The position numbers and the translations under genes are program-made. This document shows, in pieces, positions 1 to 9,073 of a DNA stretch of 64,000 bases (position 1 is its first letter; every line of letters begins with the position of its first letter). The notes under the pieces are model-generated. The model was not told the origin of the DNA. It did no database searches and worked only from the letters and a program-made list of their open reading frames with translations. The stretch covers positions 29,660 through 93,659 of IMG/VR virus record IMGVR_UViG_640427134_000001; one strand, given 5' to 3'. This stretch comes from a virus.

Positions 1-1050
1 TTTGTTAGCCGCTTTGAATGATTGGGTTTCGGTAGCACTCACCAATCCCTTATCAGCTTGAGCCAGGGCAGTAATTTTGTCCGCAAGCTCTTTTAAAGAG
101 TCTGAATCTGCATCTGCACCGTTAATTAAATCGGTGATAGCCTGGGTTAATTCAGCCTTAGTTGCGTACTTGTTACGGATATCGGTATCTTGTGCTTTAC
201 GGGTGGCCGCTTCTGAATCAATCGCTTTTTGTAGCTCTTGATCAGCTAAGGCAAACTCGTTACGGATAGCCGTATCTTCTGCTAAGCGTTCAGCTGCTTC
301 ATCTTCAATGGCTTTTTGAGCCTGCTGGTTAGATTCAGCAAGTTCACCGCGAATGGCTGTATCTTCTGCTTTTCGCGCTTCTGACTCTTCTTTAGCTTCT
401 TGCTTTAGAGTTTGGGTAGCTTGGGCCAGCTCACCACGAATGGCCGTATCTGCTGCTTCAAATGTGCTTTTAAGCGACTTATCGGCCGCTGCAAACTCAC
501 TGCGAATTGCTGCGTCTGCTGCGTCAACTGCGCTTTTCAAGTCTTGGTCGGCTTTGGCAAACTCACCACGGATAGCTGTATCTTCGGCTTTACGAGAAGT
601 CTCCTCTGCACCAATAGCTGTTTGTAGTTGGTTTCGAGTTGTTTGGATTGTTCCAGACAGCTCTGTTTTAGCCTGGTTAAGCTCGCTACGCGATGCCTTG
701 TCGCTATTGATGACGCTAATTTGTTGAGCAAAGTTTTCATCTGCTTCTAACAAACTTGCGATCTTATCGGCAAGCTCTTTTAAGGTATCATCATCTTCAT
801 CTGCACCGTTGATAAGATCAGCGATAGCTTTTTGTAGCTCTACCTTGCTGGCAAGCTTAGCAGCCTCTTCTTTGGTGGCGTAAATCTCGCCAGCCTCAAC
901 AGTTGCTTTTTTAACCTCATTAACAGCACTTACAATGCTCTTTTTATCGCCAGTTGTAAGATTGTCAATGCTACCAATATCTTTACCGATACGGGTCGCA
1001 AGCTCTCTTACGTCTGCGTCTTTACTAAGAATAACGCCCTTGATACTCAT
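1..1050 (-). CDS. Long coiled-coil phage fibre-like protein, partial (runs off the left edge; absent from the ORF track)
   Basis: Manual translation from ATG 1050 (MSIKGVILSKDADVRELATRIGKDIG...) gives 350 codons with no stop. It has six A(E/A)DTAIRGE(F/L)A-type repeats and two YATKxE...AIxDLINGADxDxDxLKELADKI blocks, typical of fibre repeats. Confidence 0.8.
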   Translation of the reverse strand, partial: MSIKGVILSKDADVRELATRIGKDIGSIDNLTTGDKKSIVSAVNEVKKATVEAGEIYATKEEAAKLASKVELQKAIADLINGADEDDDTLKELADKIASLLEADENFAQQISVINSDKASRSELNQAKTELSGTIQTTRNQLQTAIGAEETSRKAEDTAIRGEFAKADQDLKSAVDAADAAIRSEFAAADKSLKSTFEAADTAIRGELAQATQTLKQEAKEESEARKAEDTAIRGELAESNQQAQKAIEDEAAERLAEDTAIRNEFALADQELQKAIDSEAATRKAQDTDIRNKYATKAELTQAITDLINGADADSDSLKELADKITALAQADKGLVSATETQSFKAANK

Positions 1051-1196
1051 AGTTGTTCTTCCTCTTTACTTTCGCCTGATTGCTCATAATCAGCAATGTA
1101 GCTGCTACCTAATTTAATATCGTCAACCTTTAAGGATTGCTGGCAGGCTTCCTCAAGCTCTTCGATTTTCCCCTCTTCCACCAGAACATACGCCAT
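1047..1196 (-). CDS. Small acidic phage protein (49 aa)
   Basis: MAYVLVEEGKIEELEEACQQSLKVDDIKLGSSYIADYEQSGESKEEEQL; its stop overlaps the next ATG (ATGA coupling). Confidence 0.6.
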   Translation of the reverse strand: MAYVLVEEGKIEELEEACQQSLKVDDIKLGSSYIADYEQSGESKEEEQL

Positions 1197-1206
1197 AAAT
1201 TAACTC

Positions 1207-1599
1207 CTATTGCTCGTTTTGGCCTTGTTGATAATCAGGAATATAACCATCGTCACCGACACTCATATCACTGTCTTTGATAGTCTTGTCTAAGCAATCA
1301 GTTAAGCCACTCAAGTCAGCACGCTTATAGCTGCTACCCACTCGCATAACCCAAACTTCACTCAATCCACTGTTTAAAGCGTCCTCAATAGCTAGGAAAC
1401 TAGGGTTTGCCACATCACGGCCCAGAATGGCTGAAAAATTGCCTTCATTGACCTTAAATGGGGTACCCATAACGCCACGTTTGAACCGACCAACGATGAT
1501 ACCGTTCGTGACGTTTTGAAGTTTCGTGGATTCTGTCTTATCAATAACATCACCACGCTGTACGCCAACAGCGGTTTTTAAAATCTTAGTTGTGATCAT
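1207..1599 (-). CDS. Protein made of a tail-sheath N-terminal-like domain (130 aa)
   Basis: GIIVGRFKRG...F.V...N..AILG resembles the N-terminus of P1-type sheath proteins as recalled; paralog of the N-terminus of 3166-4419. Confidence 0.55.
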   Translation of the reverse strand: MITTKILKTAVGVQRGDVIDKTESTKLQNVTNGIIVGRFKRGVMGTPFKVNEGNFSAILGRDVANPSFLAIEDALNSGLSEVWVMRVGSSYKRADLSGLTDCLDKTIKDSDMSVGDDGYIPDYQQGQNEQ

Positions 1600-1608
1600 A
1601 AATCCGCC

Positions 1609-2202
1609 TTAGTTTTTCACTTCTCTTTGAAGTAGGAATAAAAAGCGATTATCCCTACCCATGCCTATGCGATACAAAGTTGTATCACCCTCTAATACCT
1701 GCAACTTATGCTCTGTTCTATACCTTTCGCGCTGATATCGACAACAAAGCGTTGAGTCTTTGACGTAAGCAAAGATCACATCAGACGTACTATCAGTTGC
1801 ATATCTATTGTCATCTAAGGCCACCATAGGGCTCTGACTGCCTTTTATTGAGGCTGTAACAGTTCCAGAAAGCGAACCATTGTGGCCCACCCATAGCTTC
1901 GACTCCAAGCCAGCCTGGTAAGCTATTACCAGGTTCATATTGCGATCAAAAGCCACTGAAACCGATGTTATGCCCTTGTCAGTTAGAACCCTATCAGGGC
2001 TTGACAGGTCGGTACGCTGCAAAAAGATAGCTGCACCGTCCGTCCATACCTGCCAGACAAAACTTGTTATACCTTGAGTGGTATTGCCTATATCAGCCCC
2101 ACCCAAACAAAACGCGCGTGTATCAAGGTGTTTTCTATCCCTTGGCTCCTTTAGATCTTCAAGCCATTTTCTAACACGCCTAATTTTGTTATTCGGTAAC
2201 AT
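1609..2202 (-). CDS. Putative virion tail/adsorption module protein
   Basis: 197-aa beta-rich ORF translationally coupled within the virion gene cluster. Confidence 0.5.
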   Translation of the reverse strand: MLPNNKIRRVRKWLEDLKEPRDRKHLDTRAFCLGGADIGNTTQGITSFVWQVWTDGAAIFLQRTDLSSPDRVLTDKGITSVSVAFDRNMNLVIAYQAGLESKLWVGHNGSLSGTVTASIKGSQSPMVALDDNRYATDSTSDVIFAYVKDSTLCCRYQRERYRTEHKLQVLEGDTTLYRIGMGRDNRFLFLLQREVKN

Positions 2203-3166
2203 TCAACTCGCCCTCATAGCGCGCCCAGGTAAAGCGAATTGGCACTGTCAAGGTATCGTTTTTAGATTTAGGGATCGGCTCGTCATCATCTTGTGATCCG
2301 TACTGAATTTGATAGTTACCCATGGTGGTAGGCGCTAATATGCTTCTAACTGGAAGGCGTGCATCATCTAGGCCAAAAAAGATACTCATATCACGCGTGT
2401 ATGTACCTTCTACATAATCACTAAGGGTTACGCTAGAGGCCTCACCCATATCAGTGCTAGGCATGCTAGATACCTCACCAATGTCGCCTGCGTATGAAAA
2501 GAAGTCGGCATAAGACTCTGATCCGCTTTCAATATCTTCTGCAAACACCATGCCTACTTTAGATTCATAGCCAGCTCCATCATCACCGATACCTGCTAAA
2601 CGGCACTTAGCGTTATAAAGCTTTTCGCCTCCGATATCGTCGGTAATCTTGATAGAAAACTCTTTATCTGCCAGATCAAAGATTTGCCAGATGCGGTAGG
2701 TGATCTCTAGCACTTCATCTTCTTTAAGCGTGATTGTGATTGGCTCACCTTCTGCGCTTTTGATTAATGCCCTGGTGCAAAGGTAATAATCTTCTTCACT
2801 GACAAACTCACTAGCCAGCCCAACTTCTGAAACAGACTCGCCGCTGGCGCCTTCAAAGCGATAGGTGGTAGAACGCCATACTTTAAATTCATCATCACCA
2901 AATAAATACGGCTCTGAACCACTACTTTCTGCCTCGATCGAAGTGTGCACATCAACAAAGCTGATAAGCTGTGTTTGGCTGGCCTCCGGTGCGTCATCAC
3001 CACTACCAACCAAGCAATAAGCAAAAATATCATCGCCATGATCACCGCCAAAGAAATCTAGGCCGGTATCAAGAAACATATTCTTTTGGTAGCCAGTATC
3101 TTGAACGGTTGTGCCGTCCTTTTTTTTGACAATGCAACGCAACTCGCCTGCAAAACCTGTTTTCAT
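2189..3166 (-). CDS. Putative virion tail structural protein (acidic, 325 aa)
   Basis: Motifs VGSG..AP...QT.L, EVGL and L.ITY.I are seen in phage tail and fibre-base proteins; context among virion genes. Confidence 0.5.
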   Translation of the reverse strand: MKTGFAGELRCIVKKKDGTTVQDTGYQKNMFLDTGLDFFGGDHGDDIFAYCLVGSGDDAPEASQTQLISFVDVHTSIEAESSGSEPYLFGDDEFKVWRSTTYRFEGASGESVSEVGLASEFVSEEDYYLCTRALIKSAEGEPITITLKEDEVLEITYRIWQIFDLADKEFSIKITDDIGGEKLYNAKCRLAGIGDDGAGYESKVGMVFAEDIESGSESYADFFSYAGDIGEVSSMPSTDMGEASSVTLSDYVEGTYTRDMSIFFGLDDARLPVRSILAPTTMGNYQIQYGSQDDDEPIPKSKNDTLTVPIRFTWARYEGELNVTE

Positions 3167-4419
3167 TACTTAATCCTCTGTGTTGTAAAGATATTTAGCG
3201 GCTCAATAATTGGGGTATAGCCGTCCTGGGAAATATTTATATCTATCTTCTCAAAATAAACCTTGACTGCATCTAGGACTTCAACTTCAACCGAATAACC
3301 CCTATCTAGCTCAAAACTTCCTGCAAGGTAGTTAATAGATTCAATATCTAACTGCTCTAAATCAGTCGTATAACCGTCGTTTAATGTTGCGTATTGGCCT
3401 TTGTCCGCCAAGCGAACATCCAATGCCTCAATGGCTGGCAAGTAACCGCTATTAACCTTGATATCAACAACGTTTAACGCTTGTTTTAACACTAGCGATA
3501 AAGGCTCAAATTGCGCTTGGTAGGCTTCGGGCTCAATAGCTGTTTCAACCAAGACATTCAGCATGATTAAGTCTAACAAGGTATAGTTTTGCGTATAAAT
3601 GCCTGTTCCTACATCCACGCTGCTAACCTGTAACACTTGCGATAATTGAGCATCAAGTATTTCAGCTTGAGGCATGTACTTTGAGTCAATATCTTTTTCT
3701 TTGATTTTCGAGATACGCTCAATGTTTAGCTGCTTAGCCGCTGTGCTATAACCATCCTCATAATCAAACGCTTTAAAGCCATAGCGTAACGATGCCGGTA
3801 GCACTTCAACGCCAGGTTTATAGCTGTCTATAATTGGTACGGGCTGTTTAACCACTGACCCTAAATGGCTGTGTAGCAGCTTAATTTCAGGCTTGTAACC
3901 ATCTTTAAAGGCAAACGCCTTGCCAAATGTTGTCCTTTGGGCGTCAAGATGCTTTATGCCAGGTAAGTACGCATCAACAAGGCCATTTGCTTTTTTGATT
4001 AGCGATCGTAATTGAATATCCAGCAATTCAACTAACGGCTGGTAAATATCATCTTTAACTACTGGGATCGGGTATAAATTACTTTCAAATGCTATCTGCT
4101 CAAACGTTTTACCGTCTATAATTTCCGAACCATCACTAAGCTTTGTTATCGGCTTACCAATACGCAAGATCCACAATTCAGCGGCTCCAGCGATAAAAGC
4201 ATCTTCAACGATTGTGTAGCTTGGATTGGACTTATCTTCGCCTAATAAGGCTTTGTAGTTTATTGAGTTAACTTTGAATGGCTTATCGGTACGGCCTCGC
4301 TTAAAACGGCCCACAATAACGCCATTGGGATTGATTGACGGTACATTCGGGCCAGTGTTGCCAGACACTTCATCTTGGCTGATGCCTACTGCACGTCCTA
4401 AAGTCTTGCTGTTTAACAT
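3166..4419 (-). CDS. Sheath-N-like domain fused to about 12 D(G/A)YxPxxExLD repeats
   Basis: N-terminal ~90 aa is paralogous to 1207-1599; the repeats are visible in the translation. Confidence 0.6.
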   Translation of the reverse strand: MLNSKTLGRAVGISQDEVSGNTGPNVPSINPNGVIVGRFKRGRTDKPFKVNSINYKALLGEDKSNPSYTIVEDAFIAGAAELWILRIGKPITKLSDGSEIIDGKTFEQIAFESNLYPIPVVKDDIYQPLVELLDIQLRSLIKKANGLVDAYLPGIKHLDAQRTTFGKAFAFKDGYKPEIKLLHSHLGSVVKQPVPIIDSYKPGVEVLPASLRYGFKAFDYEDGYSTAAKQLNIERISKIKEKDIDSKYMPQAEILDAQLSQVLQVSSVDVGTGIYTQNYTLLDLIMLNVLVETAIEPEAYQAQFEPLSLVLKQALNVVDIKVNSGYLPAIEALDVRLADKGQYATLNDGYTTDLEQLDIESINYLAGSFELDRGYSVEVEVLDAVKVYFEKIDINISQDGYTPIIEPLNIFTTQRIK

Positions 4420-4475
4420 TTAGCCGCCCTTAGCCAAAAGACGGCTGCGACGCAAAGCACCACAGCCTATGGGGT

Positions 4476-4919
4476 TTAACGAATTACTAAAACTTTTCCA
4501 CGTGTTGCGTTGATCTGTTCGATATTGCGTAACACTCGTTCTTTAGTCACTCTTGGCTTGAGTTCAATTACCGCTTCTTTACGAGCGTAAAACAAAGTGC
4601 GGCTATGTGGCTCATAAAGGTTGTATGCACCATCGTTATAAACCGTGATTTGCTCAAACTCTTCCGCTTCTGTTTCTGCTTCTACTTGCACTTCCTCTTC
4701 CGCTTCTACTGGCTCAAGGTCGCCCTGTTGAGCATCAAGAAATCGCCATACTAAAGCGTCTTTACTATCGCTTGAGCGATAAGCAACGCCCAGGCCTTTA
4801 AGCTCTGCTTGCAGCTCTTTAACTGTATAAGTTTCATCAACTTCTGCATATTCAGGGTTGATAACAAGATCTGCTAAATTGCCTGGTACTTGTTTTGGTT
4901 CTGTCATAATCAGCCTCAT
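4476..4919 (-). CDS. Virion-associated protein with HeH/LEM-like helical motif (probable start ATG 4907)
   Basis: TVKELQAELKGLGVAYRSSDSKDALV motif; lies directly downstream of the capsid gene. Confidence 0.5.
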   Translation of the reverse strand: MRLIMTEPKQVPGNLADLVINPEYAEVDETYTVKELQAELKGLGVAYRSSDSKDALVWRFLDAQQGDLEPVEAEEEVQVEAETEAEEFEQITVYNDGAYNLYEPHSRTLFYARKEAVIELKPRVTKERVLRNIEQINATRGKVLVIR

Positions 4920-5008
4920 GTTTTTGTCAAAAGAAAGGCCTTGCTGCCACAGACAACAAGGCCATTTTTAGCCATACAACGTGGCGGTCACATGGCTAAG
5001 TTATCGAA

Positions 5009-6817
5009 TTAAAGTGATGGTAAATTGCGTAATTCAATTAACATGCACTGATTGCGATAACGTGGGATTGGGTTAGCTTCTGCTGCCATACGGTTATAAA
5101 CCGCTACGTCTTTTTCAAACGCATTAGCTGATGATGCTAGAACCATAGTTGGAACTGCCACAGTACCTACGAATGGTGCTTTGGCTGGTGTAGATGAACG
5201 TGGCACCATTAACGCATAGCCGCCTTGTGTTAATTCATCTTCGTTAAACACGCCCATAGAGGCTGGCACGTAATAAACGTTTGCACCGGTGTTTAACTGA
5301 CCAATACGGTAGATTGAGTATTGATCGCCGTACTGCTCGCCGGTTGGGGTGTAGTCATCACGGCTCATAGCTTCAAAGAACGCTGCACCACGGTCTGACA
5401 CGTATAAGTCATACTGACCAATAGCTGTGTTAGTGATGGTTGATAGTGAAGTACGCGCTTTACCTAATACCACACGGATATTTGAGTAAAGATCCGTTAG
5501 ATTGATATGAGTCAAGCCAGCGATATCAGCGTCGAATACTTTAACGTGCTGCTCTTGGTTAGCTAGACACTGGTTAACCGCACCACGTAATAAGCGGCCG
5601 TTTTGCTCAAAGTTGTATTTGTTGATAAAGATCATTTGAGCCGCTGCGTACCAGTTGATACCTAGCTCATTTTGTAGCTGGGTGATCGCGTCGATAGTAG
5701 CGGTAGAACGGGCACGGCTTGGGTAAGCGTAAACGCCATAGTAGCTAAACTGCATATCGTGGCTTGGGGCACGTAAAATGTAGTCGCCTTTTTCGTCTTT
5801 ACGCTCATAGTCAAAGATTAACTCAACTTCTACTTCGTCTGCTTTAGGGGTAGCACCGTCGGTAGTGTCAAAAGTAACTTCAACTGTATGGTTGTCAAGG
5901 TCTGCAACTGCTGACTTAACGATAAAGGTATCAGCGCCTAAAGTAACCGGCTCAAGCGGCTGTAATGTGCTCTTACCGCCAAATGTTGGGTGGCTGCGAT
6001 GGTTATCGTTAGCAACTTCAACGCCGCGAACTTTAATACTTACACGCCCGCCTAAGAACGGAGCTTTGATAGAGTCTTTATCTACAACAAACTTGGTAGT
6101 TTTGTTGTCGCGAATTTCTTTGGTGTACGCAACATGAGACTCAAGGGTAAATTTACCGTCGCCTGCATCTTCCATAACCAATAGATGACGGTTGTCAAAA
6201 TATGGTAAGCCTGCTTTTTCACCGTCGATTAATTCACCACGGCGCATAACGCCCATATCCATGCCAGCGGTACCTTCACCGGCAACGATTGGAACTTCGT
6301 TTGAGCCAGTTGGGTTTGGTAGCATTGAGATTAATGGTAGGCTGTTTGCGATACCCATAGTAATAACAACTTGTACGGCAGCTGGTACTACTGATAAGGC
6401 TTCATGGTGGCTAAATGATAGGCTATCGAACGCTGGGTCATTATCATCGCCGCGATGTGCGTTTTCAGTAAATGCGGTAGCAGCTGATAAAGCTGATTGC
6501 ACAACTTCTACTGGTGGCATATCGCCGCCGTTACGACGTTGATACTCGGCAATACCATCACGTAAGCCGTCGAATACTGCTTGCTTGCCAGCATTGGTAG
6601 CTGCAATGTTTTGAGCCTCTAACAGTTTTTGCAATGACTCAGGAATTGCCTGTAATCCCATTTCACGATCATGCGAGTTAGCAGCGATCATTGAGTCAAA
6701 TTGTGCAACGTCAGATTGTTTGGCATCAAACTTAGCAAATTCACGCATAAACTGGCGTGTTTTTGTAAGCTCATTAGAAACAACGGATAAATGTTGTTTG
6801 GCTTGGTCTTTATTCAT
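5009..6817 (-). CDS. Major capsid protein, P1 gp23-like
   Basis: 602 aa. Segments GIAEYQRRNGGDMPPVEVVQSALS, GAAFFEAM and PAKAPFVGTVAVP match recalled P1 gp23 segments. Strong late promoter upstream. Confidence 0.8.
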   Translation of the reverse strand: MNKDQAKQHLSVVSNELTKTRQFMREFAKFDAKQSDVAQFDSMIAANSHDREMGLQAIPESLQKLLEAQNIAATNAGKQAVFDGLRDGIAEYQRRNGGDMPPVEVVQSALSAATAFTENAHRGDDNDPAFDSLSFSHHEALSVVPAAVQVVITMGIANSLPLISMLPNPTGSNEVPIVAGEGTAGMDMGVMRRGELIDGEKAGLPYFDNRHLLVMEDAGDGKFTLESHVAYTKEIRDNKTTKFVVDKDSIKAPFLGGRVSIKVRGVEVANDNHRSHPTFGGKSTLQPLEPVTLGADTFIVKSAVADLDNHTVEVTFDTTDGATPKADEVEVELIFDYERKDEKGDYILRAPSHDMQFSYYGVYAYPSRARSTATIDAITQLQNELGINWYAAAQMIFINKYNFEQNGRLLRGAVNQCLANQEQHVKVFDADIAGLTHINLTDLYSNIRVVLGKARTSLSTITNTAIGQYDLYVSDRGAAFFEAMSRDDYTPTGEQYGDQYSIYRIGQLNTGANVYYVPASMGVFNEDELTQGGYALMVPRSSTPAKAPFVGTVAVPTMVLASSANAFEKDVAVYNRMAAEANPIPRYRNQCMLIELRNLPSL

Positions 6818-6867
6818 AAGAATATTCCTATCGTCATTGAAAAAAATTGAACATATCCGATAGGGTT

Positions 6868-6907
6868 ATATTAAGACTCGCCTAGACACCCTTTTTAGGG
6901 GTGTTCC
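6868..6907 (-). promoter_or_regulatory. Putative late promoter (GGAACAC-N27-TAATAT) for the capsid operon
   Basis: GTGTTCC at 6901-6907 and ATATTA at 6868-6873 on +; the same spacing recurs at three other late operons. Confidence 0.7.
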
Positions 6908-6913
6908 AATAGC

Positions 6914-6937
6914 AAAAAACCGCCGTTTTAGGCGGTT
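6914..6937 (-). terminator. Intrinsic terminator
   Basis: AACCGCC-N6-GGCGGTT stem followed by a U-run on the minus strand. Confidence 0.7.
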
Positions 6938-7014
6938 AATGAGTGTTGCTGGCAGAGGTTTACATCAAGAAGGTTAGAAAAAACACCAGTACAAGGTTAA
7001 ATGTGTCTAAAACC

Positions 7015-7581
7015 TTACTTGTACGGTACTTCCACATCCTCAATTTCGCTTTCATCGAACGCATCTAAATATTCCAGGTCAAATCTTTGGTTTAGAAGGT
7101 ACCTATGGCCATGACTCACCAACAATGAATTACCAACCACGCCCACGCACTCATGGTATTCCTTATGGTTGTTTAATAAGAAGCAAAACAGGTCGCCTTT
7201 TTTGGGGTTCCAGTCTGGTCTCATTCTTATGCGATCATCGCCTTCCAAATCAATATCGTAAGGCTCAATCAATACCATTGAGCTAAACTGCTCTGGGGTG
7301 ATAAACATGCCGCTATCGTGCATAGGCCCGCCTAAGCTATCTAGTAGCACCACCATAGCGTGCCCTAATGGCTCATAGTCTATTGAATGTTCATCACTGT
7401 CACTTACTGTACCAAGGCCAGCCCATGACAAGTCTGAACGCTCATAATCATCATCATTAACTGTTAGCACTTTACGTCTAAATACAAACGTCGGGATCGT
7501 TGATTGATTGCGCAGCGTGATAATACGCGTACTTAGCGCCTGGCCGTCTGTGACTAGCTTATTTTCAATTTTAAGCGTCAT
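7015..7581 (-). CDS. Putative head-tail/baseplate protein (possibly P1 gp24-like)
   Basis: Adjacent to the gp25-like gene; only weak motif similarity. Confidence 0.45.
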   Translation of the reverse strand: MTLKIENKLVTDGQALSTRIITLRNQSTIPTFVFRRKVLTVNDDDYERSDLSWAGLGTVSDSDEHSIDYEPLGHAMVVLLDSLGGPMHDSGMFITPEQFSSMVLIEPYDIDLEGDDRIRMRPDWNPKKGDLFCFLLNNHKEYHECVGVVGNSLLVSHGHRYLLNQRFDLEYLDAFDESEIEDVEVPYK

Positions 7582-8780
7582 CGCTCACCCCATTTCTTTT
7601 CAAAATCTTGAATATCTGCTTGGTATAGCTGCTTGTACCTGTCTGGTATGCCTTTTTGCTGTAACTGGCTTTGTGCATACTTATAGCTGCTTAATTCAGC
7701 CTTTGTTGGCTCATGCGGGCGTGCTTTAGCTTGCCGTTTTTGTTCAGTGCGTACTTTTTGCTCGGCCTGTTTAACCGCTTGCTTAATAACCTTCGACCAA
7801 TGTAAACGGCCATTCCAGTTGTTGAGTGCTTGAGTCTGTTTGGCTGCTTCTCGTTTGACTTGCTGGCTTGTGCGTCTATGCGATTTAACCTGGTTTTCAG
7901 CCATGGCAATATCAGCCTTGGCATAGTCTCTTACCTGGCTTAGCATCATGCCGCTTGTTAAGTGCTTCATTACTCGCAAGGCGTGTTTGCAAGCCACCCC
8001 TGTTAAATTAGGGTTACGTGTTGATGGATAGCGGTTCTCGTCTATTCCATAGTTGTACTTACCAACGGTGGCAATATAGCGATACCAAAATTGATGACGG
8101 CCACAGTCACAGTCAAATCTTATCTTGCCGTGCAATATGCTATTTCTTACCTCTGCCAAACTAGACGGCTTAGTTCTTAGCAGCAATCCAGGGTAATCTA
8201 GCAGCTGTACTGTTACCTTGTGGTTAGCAACCTTACTTTCTGGCCCTGAATTGGTTAAGAAAAACAAGGTATTGCCTTGTCTCTTATAAACCATGGCCAT
8301 GTAAATTTGCTTGTTGGCTCGCTGGATATCAACGGGCCTTGAGTTGTTGATCACGTCTTGAGGGGTTATACCTCCAGCAAACTTTTTAGCCGCCTTCTTA
8401 ACGTTTGCCAGGTATGCGTCTAATACACTTGCGTCCAATACCTGCATTAAGCTTTCGTTACGCTTGGTATTGCCTAGCGTAAATTCCAATAGCTCGCTTG
8501 CTGATATGCCGGCTAAGCTTTTAGCACTGGCCACCAGGGATTGTAATTGCTGGCTAGTTAGCCTTTCACCGCCCTTGATATCCCTGATCGTATCTTTTAG
8601 ATACCTGTTATGCTGGCTGGCAAATTTGCCCTGCTCGCTGGCCTGCCTGGCTGTATCAATACGCCAACGCCTAAGCTCTTCAAGGCTCATATTGTTTACA
8701 AGCCTATCCTGCCGGCTTACTGGGTTATCCTGATTTTTTGGGCTGTTATTGTTAAACCAGTCCGTATCTAAGTTATCCAT
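7578..8780 (-). CDS. P1 gp25-like tail protein with Cys/His (SWIM-like) motif
   Basis: G(K/R)IRFDCDCGRHQFWYRYIAT...RNPNLTGVACKH closely matches the recalled P1 gp25 motif. Confidence 0.78.
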   Translation of the reverse strand: MDNLDTDWFNNNSPKNQDNPVSRQDRLVNNMSLEELRRWRIDTARQASEQGKFASQHNRYLKDTIRDIKGGERLTSQQLQSLVASAKSLAGISASELLEFTLGNTKRNESLMQVLDASVLDAYLANVKKAAKKFAGGITPQDVINNSRPVDIQRANKQIYMAMVYKRQGNTLFFLTNSGPESKVANHKVTVQLLDYPGLLLRTKPSSLAEVRNSILHGKIRFDCDCGRHQFWYRYIATVGKYNYGIDENRYPSTRNPNLTGVACKHALRVMKHLTSGMMLSQVRDYAKADIAMAENQVKSHRRTSQQVKREAAKQTQALNNWNGRLHWSKVIKQAVKQAEQKVRTEQKRQAKARPHEPTKAELSSYKYAQSQLQQKGIPDRYKQLYQADIQDFEKKWGER

Positions 8781-9071
8781 TTACGCCCCTTTTAAATACT
8801 TGCGTTTGATTGCTATTAAATCCCTAGCGACTGGCAAAAAGATAATGTCTTTTGGCAATGGCTGGCCAATCCTATTCGTGCCAGCGCATACCATAACAAC
8901 GTCTGCATAACTGCGATCCCTGTACGCTCTAAACGCAATTAACGTGGGGTCGTGAATTTCATCACTACCCACTTTCCAGGTTATTAGCCTATCGGTGCGG
9001 CCACGTCGATAAAGCAAATCAACGTGGTCACGTATCGCATTGTGATAAATGTTTAATATGTTCTCAATCAT
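8781..9071 (-). CDS. P1 gp26-like / LysM-like baseplate protein
   Basis: DEIHDPTLIAFRAY...VVMVCAG...LP pattern; next to gp25-like gene as in P1. Confidence 0.68.
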   Translation of the reverse strand: MIENILNIYHNAIRDHVDLLYRRGRTDRLITWKVGSDEIHDPTLIAFRAYRDRSYADVVMVCAGTNRIGQPLPKDIIFLPVARDLIAIKRKYLKGA

Positions 9072-9073
9072 GG

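Noticed and set aside
353-727. Plus-strand ORFs over the left edge (353-727, 412-627) and similar antisense ORFs across the window
   Set aside because: They are shadows of longer opposite-strand genes with recognisable products and have no RBS or family motifs.
4420-4520. Alternative frame (...NPIGCGALRRSRLLAKGG*) suggesting a programmed frameshift at the end of the 147-aa gene
   Set aside because: No convincing slippery sequence; the open stretch is short enough to be chance.
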